Below, piece after piece: positions 19,417 to 27,975 of a stretch of DNA of 36,262 nucleotides (positions are counted from its first letter, which is position 1; each line of letters starts with the position of its first letter). Origin of the DNA: Deltaproteobacteria bacterium RBG_13_52_11 (lineage in GTDB: Bacteria; Desulfobacterota; B13-G15; RBG-16-54-18); NCBI GenBank assembly GCA_001797745.1, contig MGQF01000067.1, positions 6,412 to 42,673 on the forward strand, given 5' to 3'. The translations under genes and the position numbers were made by a program. Below the pieces are notes generated by a model. The model saw only the letters and a list, made by a program, of their open reading frames with translations, was not told the DNA's origin and searched no databases.

Positions 19417-19551
19417 TGACCTATTCCTCTCTTTTACCTGGCAAATCTTAAACGGAATTTCCAAATACTCGCAAACAGCAAATTCTTCCCTAGGGCTTTA
19501 TTTGATAGAATACCCCTCGGTGGAATGCGGAACCTGATACTATGAGCTTCA

Positions 19552-19630
19552 ATTATAACGATTCTGAGATTAATTGAACATTAAAAGAAAATGAAGATTT
19601 CTTCATGTTGGATGGGAAATGAGGTAATTT
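19552..19630 (-). promoter_or_regulatory. Promoter element P2: TATAAT -10, AATTAATCT block, and the same 7-2-7 inverted repeat
   Basis: Same architecture and spacing as P1: -10, N9, AATTAATCT, N15, palindrome at 19591-19606. It lies ~135 nt upstream of the metallophosphoesterase ATG. Confidence 0.45.
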
Positions 19631-19821
19631 AGGTGTAATTGGCGCGGTCAAAAGCATGGTATGTGAAGAAGGGATATCCAGCTTTTTATGCTATTCAGGG
19701 AAGTGGTTCTTAACTGTAGGAGTTCGAGGTATGGGGGGGATAAGATGGGTACTTTACCGTGAAGGACTCTTGTTCAGTACCTCTACGGCAGCGTTCGAGA
19801 AACGGATAATTACATGTATGC

Positions 19822-21255
19822 TCATTTCTCGGCTACAAGGGGTAATGAGACGACAAAATGGCTTCCTTTCCCCACTTCACTCTCCAGCTCGATTTTTCCA
19901 TGGTGGGCCTTGGCAATCCACTGGCAGATACTCAGCCCCAGACCCATTCCGCCGCCCTCCCTGCCCCTTGATTTATCGACTTGGTAAAATCGCTCGAAGA
20001 TATGCTTGAACTCTGCATCTGGAATTCCTATACCTGTATCCTTAATCGATACCTTGGCAAACCCTTCATCCTTTTGCAAAGACATATCAATACGGCCACC
20101 GGATGGGGTAAACTTAATGGCATTATCGATGAGATTCGTGAACAATTGCTGTAATCTGGTCCGATCCCCCACAACATCTACCTGTTCAATCTCCCCCAAC
20201 GTGAATCCTATCCTTTTTTGTTCGGCCAACACCTTAAAAAACTCCCACAGATTGCTCAAAAGCCTATCCAGCTTGATTTGCATCATCGTAAGCCCTGCTT
20301 CGTTGGAATCGAATTTGGAGAGGAGTATAAGGTCGTCGATCATTCTTGTCAGGAAATCAAGCTTTTCGATATAGGTGACCAACGCCCTCCGGTATTCTCC
20401 TGAGGGCCTCGGCTTGGAGAGGAGCAGTTCGGCTTCACCCCTCATCGCGCTTATGGGGGTTCGAAGTTCATGGGATACATCGGCAGTCAGTTGGTTCATT
20501 CTCTTGAAAGAATCCTCCAGTCGCGATATCATCTCGTTTATCGTTGCGATGAGGTGATCTATTTCATCGTCGCTCTGCCTTGGGTGTAATCGGTTTCCAA
20601 GATTAGTTGCCGTGATTTTCTGCGCCTCCTCTGTGATGTAGGCGATCGGAGCAAGGCCCCTTCTCGCCAGAAGCCAACCCCCAATGGCCCCCAGGACAAG
20701 GGTAATGGGGAGTGCCGTGAGGATATTCTCCCTGAGATTGCCCAAGGTCTTTCTCATGGACTTCATCCCAGTCCCGATTTGGACCACGTAATCGAATCTT
20801 TTATCAACGGTAAGACGAGAGCTGAGAAATCGAAACGGGGTCCTCTTTCCAGGCACCTTAACTGTCTCAACGTACCTACTTCCTAACCCTATGCCCCTTA
20901 GCTTTTCTTGGTTTATGGGATAAATAAGTTCGGCAAAATTCTGCGAGGTGGCAACAACCCTGCCATCTGCGTTCAATACTCTAAAATAAATAGGGTAGTA
21001 TTCCCTTGTAACAATATCTCCCTCATATTTCCTTATCACCACCTTGAAATTCATGGGGGTCTCCGATATCTTAAAGGCAAATTCTCTCGACTCATCCTGT
21101 AAAAATCGGTCGATTTCTTTAATGAGGTGGTGTCTGAGCCTCAGGTACATAAAAGTACAAATGATTAAGGTCGTCACTGTAAAAGTAAAAATATACCACA
21201 GGGTGATCTTGAAATCCGTCCGTTTATAAAATTTAATCCCTTTTTTCGAGGACAT
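19822..21255 (-). CDS. Sensor histidine kinase (two TM helices, periplasmic loop, HAMP, HisKA, HATPase_c), CusS/heavy-metal-sensor-like subfamily
   Basis: SHELRTPISAMRGEAELL H-box, N box NLIDNAIKFT, and G boxes DTGIGI / GGMGLGLSI. Confidence 0.9.
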   Translation of the reverse strand: MSSKKGIKFYKRTDFKITLWYIFTFTVTTLIICTFMYLRLRHHLIKEIDRFLQDESREFAFKISETPMNFKVVIRKYEGDIVTREYYPIYFRVLNADGRVVATSQNFAELIYPINQEKLRGIGLGSRYVETVKVPGKRTPFRFLSSRLTVDKRFDYVVQIGTGMKSMRKTLGNLRENILTALPITLVLGAIGGWLLARRGLAPIAYITEEAQKITATNLGNRLHPRQSDDEIDHLIATINEMISRLEDSFKRMNQLTADVSHELRTPISAMRGEAELLLSKPRPSGEYRRALVTYIEKLDFLTRMIDDLILLSKFDSNEAGLTMMQIKLDRLLSNLWEFFKVLAEQKRIGFTLGEIEQVDVVGDRTRLQQLFTNLIDNAIKFTPSGGRIDMSLQKDEGFAKVSIKDTGIGIPDAEFKHIFERFYQVDKSRGREGGGMGLGLSICQWIAKAHHGKIELESEVGKGSHFVVSLPLVAEK

Positions 21256-21907
21256 AGCCTACCCCTTTTATGGTGTGAAGGAGGTTGGGTTTAAAACCTT
21301 TATCGATTTTATTCCGGAGATGATATACGTGGACGTCGACGACATTGGTCAAGGAATCGAAGTGGTAATCCCATATGCACTCGGAGATCATCGTCCGGGT
21401 CAAAACCTGTCCCTCATTTCGCATTAGATATTCCAGTAAGGCGTATTCTTTGGGAGTGAGATCAATCCGCCGCCCTCCTCGGAAGACCTTATGGGTCTTG
21501 AGGTCCATGGTCAAATCCGCCACCGTAAGCGCTGAAATCCCTTCGGTCTTGCCCCGTCTGAGGATAGCCCTTACCCTGGCCAACAATTCATTGATGGAGA
21601 AGGGCTTAACCATGTAGTCATCGGCACCCCAATTCAACCCCTGCACAACATCCCTTTCCGCGCCTTTTGCCGTCAGGAAAATGACCGGTGTGCCAATACC
21701 CTTCTCCCGAATAGATTTCAGGACTTCAATACCATCCATCTTTGGTAGCATGATGTCCAGGATAAGGAGATCATATTGCTCATGGAGGGCTAGGTACAGG
21801 CCCTCCTCACCATCATAGGCCGTGTCTACGGCGAAGTAGTTTTCCCTGAGCCCTTTTTTGACAAAATGGGTTATGGTTTTGTCGTCTTCTACGAATAAAA
21901 CTCTCAT
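21233..21907 (-). CDS. OmpR/PhoB-family response regulator (CusR/CopR-like)
   Basis: Receiver domain (VEDD ... LLILDIMLP ... FLTAK ... GADDYMVKPF) plus a winged-helix output domain (LTPKEYALLEYL ... IKGVGYVL). It overlaps the kinase gene by 23 nt. Confidence 0.9.
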   Translation of the reverse strand: MRVLFVEDDKTITHFVKKGLRENYFAVDTAYDGEEGLYLALHEQYDLLILDIMLPKMDGIEVLKSIREKGIGTPVIFLTAKGAERDVVQGLNWGADDYMVKPFSINELLARVRAILRRGKTEGISALTVADLTMDLKTHKVFRGGRRIDLTPKEYALLEYLMRNEGQVLTRTMISECIWDYHFDSLTNVVDVHVYHLRNKIDKGFKPNLLHTIKGVGYVLEKRD

Positions 21908-21965
21908 GGGGTCAAATACATAAAAAGTCAGGATTATATTTATGCCTTTAGGTGAATCATCTTCT

Positions 21966-22175
21966 TTAACTGAAGTCCCTCATTTTGATTAAAGTAATAA
22001 GAATTCCAAAACGAGGCCTCCTTCTTTGTTGGGAGGAAGACGTAATATATCTTTTTGTGTATATCAGAAACCCCAAGAAGCCAATGGACAGTATTCCCCG
22101 AAAAAGCAGGTATGTTGAACCTTGAAACATAGCAAACTCTTTTATAATCTCAAGGTTTTCTTCAGGCGCATTCAT
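21966..22175 (-). CDS. Small hypothetical membrane protein (69 aa); doubtful
   Basis: The ATG is 2 nt after the mpl stop. There is one hydrophobic helix (YLLFRGILSIGFLGFLIY). No Shine-Dalgarno sequence. The region is AT-rich. Confidence 0.3.
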   Translation of the reverse strand: MNAPEENLEIIKEFAMFQGSTYLLFRGILSIGFLGFLIYTKRYITSSSQQRRRPRFGILITLIKMRDFS

Positions 22176-22177
22176 TT

Positions 22178-23587
22178 TTACGAGCGATCCCTGAGGGCCT
22201 TGAATATCCTCACTGGTAGGTCATCGAAATGCCCGCTGCTCATCACCACGATGACATCCCCTGGCACCGCCCCTGCAACACAGTGGGCGACGATCTGGTT
22301 CGATTCTTCCAGGTAGCTGGCTGCGGCGTCCCCTTTCGCCTCCCTGATCTCCTGTACAACCCTGTGGGGGTCCAATGCCTCCCCCTGAAATGGGGGTGAA
22401 AAGATCCGCCCGATCACCACGCGATCGGCCTCCCGCAGGGCCGCGGAGAGTTCTTCTTGCAAGACCCTCCTGCGCATGGTCTGGCTCCGGGGCTCGAAGA
22501 TAGCCCACAGGCGCCTGTTTGGATAGCGGGATCTCACTGCTCGCAGGGTCTCTCTGATGGCGGTGGGGTGGTGGGCAAAGTCATCGATCACCGTTATCCC
22601 TCCTGTCTCCCCGATCACCTCCATCCGGCGCCTGACCCCCTGAAAGGTCCGTAGGCCTTCTCTTATCTGAGCGATGGAAAGACCGATGAGGCTGGCAGCG
22701 ATTGCCGCCCCCACGGCATTTTTCACGTTGTGCTCGCCCCAGAGGGGGACCTCCAACTCCTCTAGATCTTCCCCGTCCCGCTGCAGGCGAAAAGCAGTTC
22801 CCTGGGGAGTGACCAGCGTCCCCCGGGGGGACCATTTCCCCTTTTCCCCGAAGGTCTCCACCCGGTACTTTACCTCGGAGATTATCTCTCGAATAACTGC
22901 ATCATCAATACAGGCGATGAGGATGCCTTCTTTGGGGATGATGGCGAGGAGTTGGCGAAAGGCGCTCTTTACCTCCTCCAGGTCATGGTAGATGTCGGCA
23001 TGGTCGTATTCAATGCTCGTGAGGATCACGATCTGGGGCAGGTAATGGAGGAACTTGGGCCTCTTGTCAAAAAAGGCACAGTCATACTCATCACCCTCCA
23101 GGACGGCCCATTCCCCCTTCCCAGAGCGGTACCCCCGACCGAAGTTCAGCGGGACCCCCCCGACGAGAAACGAAGGGTCGAATCCCCCTTGGGAAAGGAG
23201 CCATGCCAGCAGAGATGTTGTAGTGGTCTTTCCATGGGTGCCGGCCACCACCACTGAGTGCCTTCCATCCAGAAGGCATTCCCGTATCAAACCAGGGAGG
23301 GAAAGGTAGGGTATATTTTTATCCAGGACGGCCTCCACCTCTGGGTTCCCCCTCGAAACAGCATTACCGATCACCACCAGATCGGGAGGGGGGAGGAGAT
23401 GGGCGGCGTCATACCCCCCCTTATCGACCACGATGTTACCCTCTTGCAGAAGTCGATCCGTGGGGGTATGGAGGGAGGTATCTGATCCCCTCACCACATA
23501 CCCCATCTCCTGCAGCAGGAGGGCGGCCTGGGCCATGGCGATCCCGCCTATGCCGATGAAGTAGACGTATGCACCCTTTTTTAGCAT
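22178..23587 (-). CDS. mpl: UDP-N-acetylmuramate:L-alanyl-gamma-D-glutamyl-meso-diaminopimelate ligase (murein peptide ligase)
   Basis: N-terminal IGIGGIAMAQAALLL, the Mpl-typical VIGNAVSRGNPEVEAVLDKNIPYLS, the Mur-ligase P-loop GTHGKTTTTS, and a length of ~460 aa. Confidence 0.85.
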   Translation of the reverse strand: MLKKGAYVYFIGIGGIAMAQAALLLQEMGYVVRGSDTSLHTPTDRLLQEGNIVVDKGGYDAAHLLPPPDLVVIGNAVSRGNPEVEAVLDKNIPYLSLPGLIRECLLDGRHSVVVAGTHGKTTTTSLLAWLLSQGGFDPSFLVGGVPLNFGRGYRSGKGEWAVLEGDEYDCAFFDKRPKFLHYLPQIVILTSIEYDHADIYHDLEEVKSAFRQLLAIIPKEGILIACIDDAVIREIISEVKYRVETFGEKGKWSPRGTLVTPQGTAFRLQRDGEDLEELEVPLWGEHNVKNAVGAAIAASLIGLSIAQIREGLRTFQGVRRRMEVIGETGGITVIDDFAHHPTAIRETLRAVRSRYPNRRLWAIFEPRSQTMRRRVLQEELSAALREADRVVIGRIFSPPFQGEALDPHRVVQEIREAKGDAAASYLEESNQIVAHCVAGAVPGDVIVVMSSGHFDDLPVRIFKALRDRS

Positions 23588-23649
23588 GGTCTCTGATTTA
23601 TTAGAGAAATGATTCGTGGCGGGGATGCCCTGACCCCATCACTGATCCA

Positions 23650-24567
23650 TTACCCCTCCCCGTGAAAGGTCACCACCCCTTCGTGCACCTGTACCGGCAC
23701 ACCGAGGGGAATGGTTAGATTGCGGGGGCCGTGGCCGGAGGGGAAGCCGAAGAGGATCGGACCTTGGATGTCCTCTAGGGCATCCACAATCACCTCGTGC
23801 AGGAGGCCCTTTTCCGCATCGCACCCGGGCATCTGGCCGAAGATAACCCCTGTCACCCTTGCCAATTTTCCCGCGCTCTTTAAATGGGTGAGCATCCGGT
23901 CAATCTTATAGGGGGGTTCATTTACATCCTCCACAAAAAGGACCTTCCCCTGCAGGTTCGGATCATAGGGGGTGCCCAGTGCCGTCACCAGAGAGGAGAG
24001 ACACCCCCCCATGATCTCTCCTTGGGCCTCGCCCCTGCGCAGGACAGTGCAGGTAATCTCACCGATAAAGGGAGAAGAGGTAAGAGCTGCCTTAAGGGCA
24101 CGTGCCATCTCTTTGTCCCCTTCCACAAACTGGCGGGTGGCGACGTTGGGGCCGTGAAAGGGGATTACAAAACACTGTTCCAGCAGATAGATGAGCAGGA
24201 CCGTGATATCGCTGCACCCCACCAGGAGTTTGGGATGGCTTCGAATCACATCGGGATCCAGATAGGGGATGATCCGCTGGGCACCGTAGCCGCCCCGGGT
24301 GCACAGGATGGCCTTGACCTCAGGATCGAGGAACATCGCCATAAGCTCCTGGGCTCGCTCCTGGTCCTTCCCAGCCAGATAGAGGTGCTTTCTCTTCAGG
24401 AGGGAGGGGAAACACCTGATCTCAAAACCCATCTCCCTCAACCGCTCCAGCCCCTGCTGAAGGTATTCCTCGTTCTCCCTCGGGATGTGGCTGGCCGGCG
24501 CCACGATGCCGACGCAATCACCCGGCGAGAGGAGGGGAGGCATTATCTGAGCACGACATCGCTTCAT
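23650..24567 (-). CDS. ldcA: LD-carboxypeptidase (peptidase S66, muramoyl-tetrapeptide carboxypeptidase)
   Basis: GDCVGIVAPAS, ILCTRGGYGAQR, and a C-terminal FGFPSGHG region. The ATG overlaps the upstream stop (ATGA). Confidence 0.85.
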   Translation of the reverse strand: MKRCRAQIMPPLLSPGDCVGIVAPASHIPRENEEYLQQGLERLREMGFEIRCFPSLLKRKHLYLAGKDQERAQELMAMFLDPEVKAILCTRGGYGAQRIIPYLDPDVIRSHPKLLVGCSDITVLLIYLLEQCFVIPFHGPNVATRQFVEGDKEMARALKAALTSSPFIGEITCTVLRRGEAQGEIMGGCLSSLVTALGTPYDPNLQGKVLFVEDVNEPPYKIDRMLTHLKSAGKLARVTGVIFGQMPGCDAEKGLLHEVIVDALEDIQGPILFGFPSGHGPRNLTIPLGVPVQVHEGVVTFHGEG

Positions 24568-25610
24568 ATCCCCTTGATCTCCTCAAAGACAACTTTCCTT
24601 AATTTTTTATAAGGGTTGAAGCACTTATCTTGCAGGATGGTCCGTAGGCTCTTCAGGGCAAGGGGAATGTATGGCCGAAAAAATTCTAATCCTCTGGCCT
24701 TGATCAGAAATGCAAAAGCCCCCAAGATCTGCATATTGCGATGGAGGGCCACGAGGGGGTACTGTTCTTGAAAGCCCTTTGGGTCCAGCTTGACCCGATC
24801 CTGTATCCGCCCCAGGTAATAGGCAAGGAGCTCTTCCTGCACACCCGCATCCAGTTCCACATAGGGATCAAGCAGCAGGGAGGCCAAGTCATACTGGAGG
24901 GGGCCTAACCTCCCCCCCTGGAAGTCGAGAAGGCCCAATCCTCCCTCCCACACCATGATATTACGGGATTGGAAGTCCCTATACAGGAAATACCCACCCA
25001 GCGCCTGCGCCGCCTGCCGGGCCAGGTCCTCCATCTCATCCCTGAGCTCCTCGTCGGGGATGTCGAGGCCGAGGTAGTCCGCTAGGAATGCAAAGTGGAA
25101 ATACCCCGACTCCCACGCCAGCATAAACCCCTGATCATACGGCGCATTGTGGGTCCGGGCAAGATCAAATCCCTTGCGGCCTTCGACCTGAATGAGGACC
25201 AGGCAGTCGACAACCCTTTGGTAGGTCTCGATTAATTGCCTTTGATTACCCTTAATGCTCATGATCTCGGTCTGGAGGTGGCAATCACCCAGGTCCTCCA
25301 TAAGAAACCAGCCCCTCTCTATGTTATGATGGTAGATCTCCGGTACAGGGACACCCTTTCCCCTTAGATGCTGGCCGATGTAGAGAAAGGAATCGTTCTC
25401 CGTTACCCCGCGTTTATCCTTGGGAGGATGGCTGCTGACCATGGCCACCCAGCTCTTCCCTTTCCCCTTGATCCGATAAAAGAGCCTGCCCGAGCCTTCT
25501 CCGGCGATCTCCTCCCACGCAAGCTCCCGTGCCGAGAGGTATGCCTCGACAAACCGGATCAGGTCCGGTGAGGGGGTGGCTCCCCTATCATCACTCTTCC
25601 CTGGAGGCAT
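24564..25610 (-). CDS. amgK: Aminoglycoside-phosphotransferase-fold kinase, probably anomeric MurNAc/GlcNAc kinase (AmgK-like)
   Basis: APH/choline-kinase fold motifs (GEGSGRLFYRI; YRDFQSRNIMV catalytic loop; LLDFQGG). It sits between a sugar-1-P nucleotidyltransferase gene and ldcA/mpl. Confidence 0.6.
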   Translation of the reverse strand: MPPGKSDDRGATPSPDLIRFVEAYLSARELAWEEIAGEGSGRLFYRIKGKGKSWVAMVSSHPPKDKRGVTENDSFLYIGQHLRGKGVPVPEIYHHNIERGWFLMEDLGDCHLQTEIMSIKGNQRQLIETYQRVVDCLVLIQVEGRKGFDLARTHNAPYDQGFMLAWESGYFHFAFLADYLGLDIPDEELRDEMEDLARQAAQALGGYFLYRDFQSRNIMVWEGGLGLLDFQGGRLGPLQYDLASLLLDPYVELDAGVQEELLAYYLGRIQDRVKLDPKGFQEQYPLVALHRNMQILGAFAFLIKARGLEFFRPYIPLALKSLRTILQDKCFNPYKKLRKVVFEEIKGI

Positions 25611-25613
25611 CGC

Positions 25614-26546
25614 TCACCCCGGGATCAAGGCCTCCCCTTGATGCCGGCCCGTTACCTGCGTCCTGTCACCTACGACACAGCTCTCCAGAATACTCCCTGG
25701 GTCAATCACTGCCTCGTCCCAGATGATGGAGTCTTTGATGAAGGAACCGACCTTGATGTAGGTTCCCTTCCCCACGCAGATGATCCCCTCCATTTGAACG
25801 CCCTCCTCGATATGGGCCTCCGGATGAATGATCGGCTCTCTCTTCACGCGCAGGAGGTCCTCATGCAGGGCCCTGTAGTCTTCCACCCTCCCGATATCCC
25901 GCCAATATCCCTGCTGCATCTGATATCCTTTTATTGCCCCCCCTTGGGAGGCGAACTCGATGTAGAATTCCATAATATCAAAATATCCGGCAGAGGGCAT
26001 GTAGTCCAGGAGTCGGGGTGAGATGATGTGGATCCCCGTAAAAGTCAAGATCTGGGCAGGCGAGAGGGGTTTTTGTACCTCCCGCCCCCTGACGCTGACG
26101 ATCCGCCCCTTTTCATCGATCCCTACCTGGTTGAAACGGGGATCATCGCAGAGGATCAAGGTGACGAGGTTCTGCGCCTCTGTATGGTAGTGAAGCGCGG
26201 GGCTCAGGTCAAAGGTATGGTAGATGTCGGCGTTGATTACCACGAAGAGGGAGGCATCATAAAAGAAGTCAGCGCAGTTCTTGATCCCCCCGCCGGTGCC
26301 CAGAATTTCAGGCTCAACCCGTACCTCCACCCCTAAACCCCATTGCCCCCTGCCCACGAATCGCTCCACCTGCTCTGCCAGGTGATGGGCGTTGATCACG
26401 ACCCCCGTTGCCCCCATCCCCCGTAGCTGTTCAATGGCGATACCGAGCAAGGGCCGGTTCAGAACAGGGAACAAAGGTTTTGGCCTGATGCTCGTCAGCG
26501 GCTCCAGCCTGGTCCCCAAACCGGCTGCCAGTATCATCCCCTTCAT
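25614..26546 (-). CDS. murU: Sugar-1-phosphate nucleotidyltransferase, MurU-like, with a C-terminal hexapeptide-repeat (LbH) extension
   Basis: MILAAGLGTRLEPLTSIRPKPLFPV signature. The C-terminal ~80 aa have an imperfect hexapeptide periodicity. It is adjacent to the AmgK-like kinase. Confidence 0.6.
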   Translation of the reverse strand: MKGMILAAGLGTRLEPLTSIRPKPLFPVLNRPLLGIAIEQLRGMGATGVVINAHHLAEQVERFVGRGQWGLGVEVRVEPEILGTGGGIKNCADFFYDASLFVVINADIYHTFDLSPALHYHTEAQNLVTLILCDDPRFNQVGIDEKGRIVSVRGREVQKPLSPAQILTFTGIHIISPRLLDYMPSAGYFDIMEFYIEFASQGGAIKGYQMQQGYWRDIGRVEDYRALHEDLLRVKREPIIHPEAHIEEGVQMEGIICVGKGTYIKVGSFIKDSIIWDEAVIDPGSILESCVVGDRTQVTGRHQGEALIPG

Positions 26547-27148
26547 TGAGTGCCCGACAAGGGAAGGGAAGGTTCAATACCGGGTCCCGGCTGCCCCTGA
26601 GCTTGCTCCGGGGCAGCAAAAATGAGGGCCCTGGAGAAACCAGAAAGGGTTGCCACGATCACCGTGGGGAATCGCTGGCGATAGGTATTATATTCCCCGG
26701 CCACCTCGTTGTACCGCATACGCTCCTTGGCGATGCGGTCTTCGTTGTCGGCCAGCTTTCCCTGGAGATCGATGAACGTTTGATCGGTCTTGAGGTCAGG
26801 ATACCGTTCCGTCACCAATAGCAACCGATCCAGGGCAGCGGTCAGCTCGTTGTTCGCCGCTATCTTTTCGGTTAGGAGCATCCTCGTCGAGACCTTGAGA
26901 TGCAACTGGGTAACCGCTCCATAGACCCCCTGTTCGTGCGGGGCATACGATTTAACCGTCTCGACGTAGTTGGGGATGAGATCCATCCGGCGCTGGAGCT
27001 GGTTTTCCACCTGGGCCCAGGACGCCTTAACCTTCTCGTTCATGGCCATCAACTGACTACGGGTCCCCTTGATAGAAGGATACAACAGGAGGCCCACCAC
27101 GCCGACTATGACCAAGACGAGCAAACAGCCCTTTTTCCCCCCTGCCAT
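26543..27148 (-). CDS. lemA: LemA family protein (copy 1)
   Basis: N-terminal TM, then WAQVENQLQRRMDLIPNYVETVK and ERYPDLK, the hallmark LemA motifs. Its stop overlaps the murU-like ATG by 4 nt. Confidence 0.9.
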   Translation of the reverse strand: MAGGKKGCLLVLVIVGVVGLLLYPSIKGTRSQLMAMNEKVKASWAQVENQLQRRMDLIPNYVETVKSYAPHEQGVYGAVTQLHLKVSTRMLLTEKIAANNELTAALDRLLLVTERYPDLKTDQTFIDLQGKLADNEDRIAKERMRYNEVAGEYNTYRQRFPTVIVATLSGFSRALIFAAPEQAQGQPGPGIEPSLPLSGTQ

Positions 27149-27164
27149 CTCACGCTCCTTTTCT

Positions 27165-27334
27165 TTTCCCCTACCTCTTATCCACCCAAAAGGTAAGGCA
27201 CCTCACCTCTGCGATGTAATGCTCTCTGAGGCCCTCCATCTCCTTTGCAGGGAATTTTGGTTTTCCCTTTTTTTTACCTCCAATAATCGTATGAAGGGGT
27301 CTGAGTTCAGCCCCGTCTCAACCGCTATCGCCTT
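27165..27334 (-). pseudogene. Remnant of the 3-prime end of the nucleotidyltransferase gene, left by a tandem duplication
   Basis: Nucleotide homology at a constant offset of ~811 nt to 27976-28144. Example: CCGCTATCGCCTTG at 27321 and at 28131. The translated remnant KAIAVETGLNSDPFIRLLEVKK aligns with KAIAAETGLDAVPFVRLLEVKE. There is no N-terminal part. Confidence 0.65.
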
Positions 27335-27359
27335 GCAGAGGATAAAAGGAACAGGCTTA

Positions 27360-27947
27360 TTAGAACTGGACCTTCGGTGGCTTCTTGGCTTCCTCTGGGG
27401 CCTCAAAGAGGGGGGCCCTGGTGAAGCCGAAGATCCCCGCCACGATGCTGTTGGGGAACCGCCGGATATAGACATTATATCCCCTGACCGCCTCGTTGTA
27501 CCTCATGCGCTCCACGGCGATGCGGTTCTCGGTGCCGGCCAGCTCGTCTTGGAGGCGGATGAAGTTTTGATTGGCCTTGAGGTCGGGATAACGCTCAACC
27601 ACTAACAGGAGTCGGCTCAGGGCTGCTGTCAGCTCATTGCTGGCCGCTATCTTCTGGGATGGGGTCACCGACCCTCCGACCTTGGCCCGCGCATTGGTGA
27701 CCTCTATAAAGACCTCCCGTTCATGCTTGGCATACCCCTTGACCGTCTCCACGTAGTTGGGTATGAGGTTCATCCGGCGCTGGAGCTGATTTTCCACCTG
27801 GGCCCAGGCCGTCTTGACCCCCTCGTCCATTCTCACCAGAGCGTTATAGGTCCCCGTAACATAAGAAAAAAGCCCGATGCCCAAAACCAAGAGGACGGCT
27901 ACGACAATCGCTGCAATGATCAGAGCAATTTTTGTCCCTCTTCTCAT
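27360..27947 (-). CDS. lemA: LemA family protein (copy 2)
   Basis: Same motifs as copy 1 (WAQVENQLQRRMNLIPNYVETVK; ERYPDLK). By eye it is roughly 60 percent identical to copy 1. Confidence 0.9.
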   Translation of the reverse strand: MRRGTKIALIIAAIVVAVLLVLGIGLFSYVTGTYNALVRMDEGVKTAWAQVENQLQRRMNLIPNYVETVKGYAKHEREVFIEVTNARAKVGGSVTPSQKIAASNELTAALSRLLLVVERYPDLKANQNFIRLQDELAGTENRIAVERMRYNEAVRGYNVYIRRFPNSIVAGIFGFTRAPLFEAPEEAKKPPKVQF

Positions 27948-27975
27948 TTCCTCCTCCTTTCTTCTCTTCTTTTCT

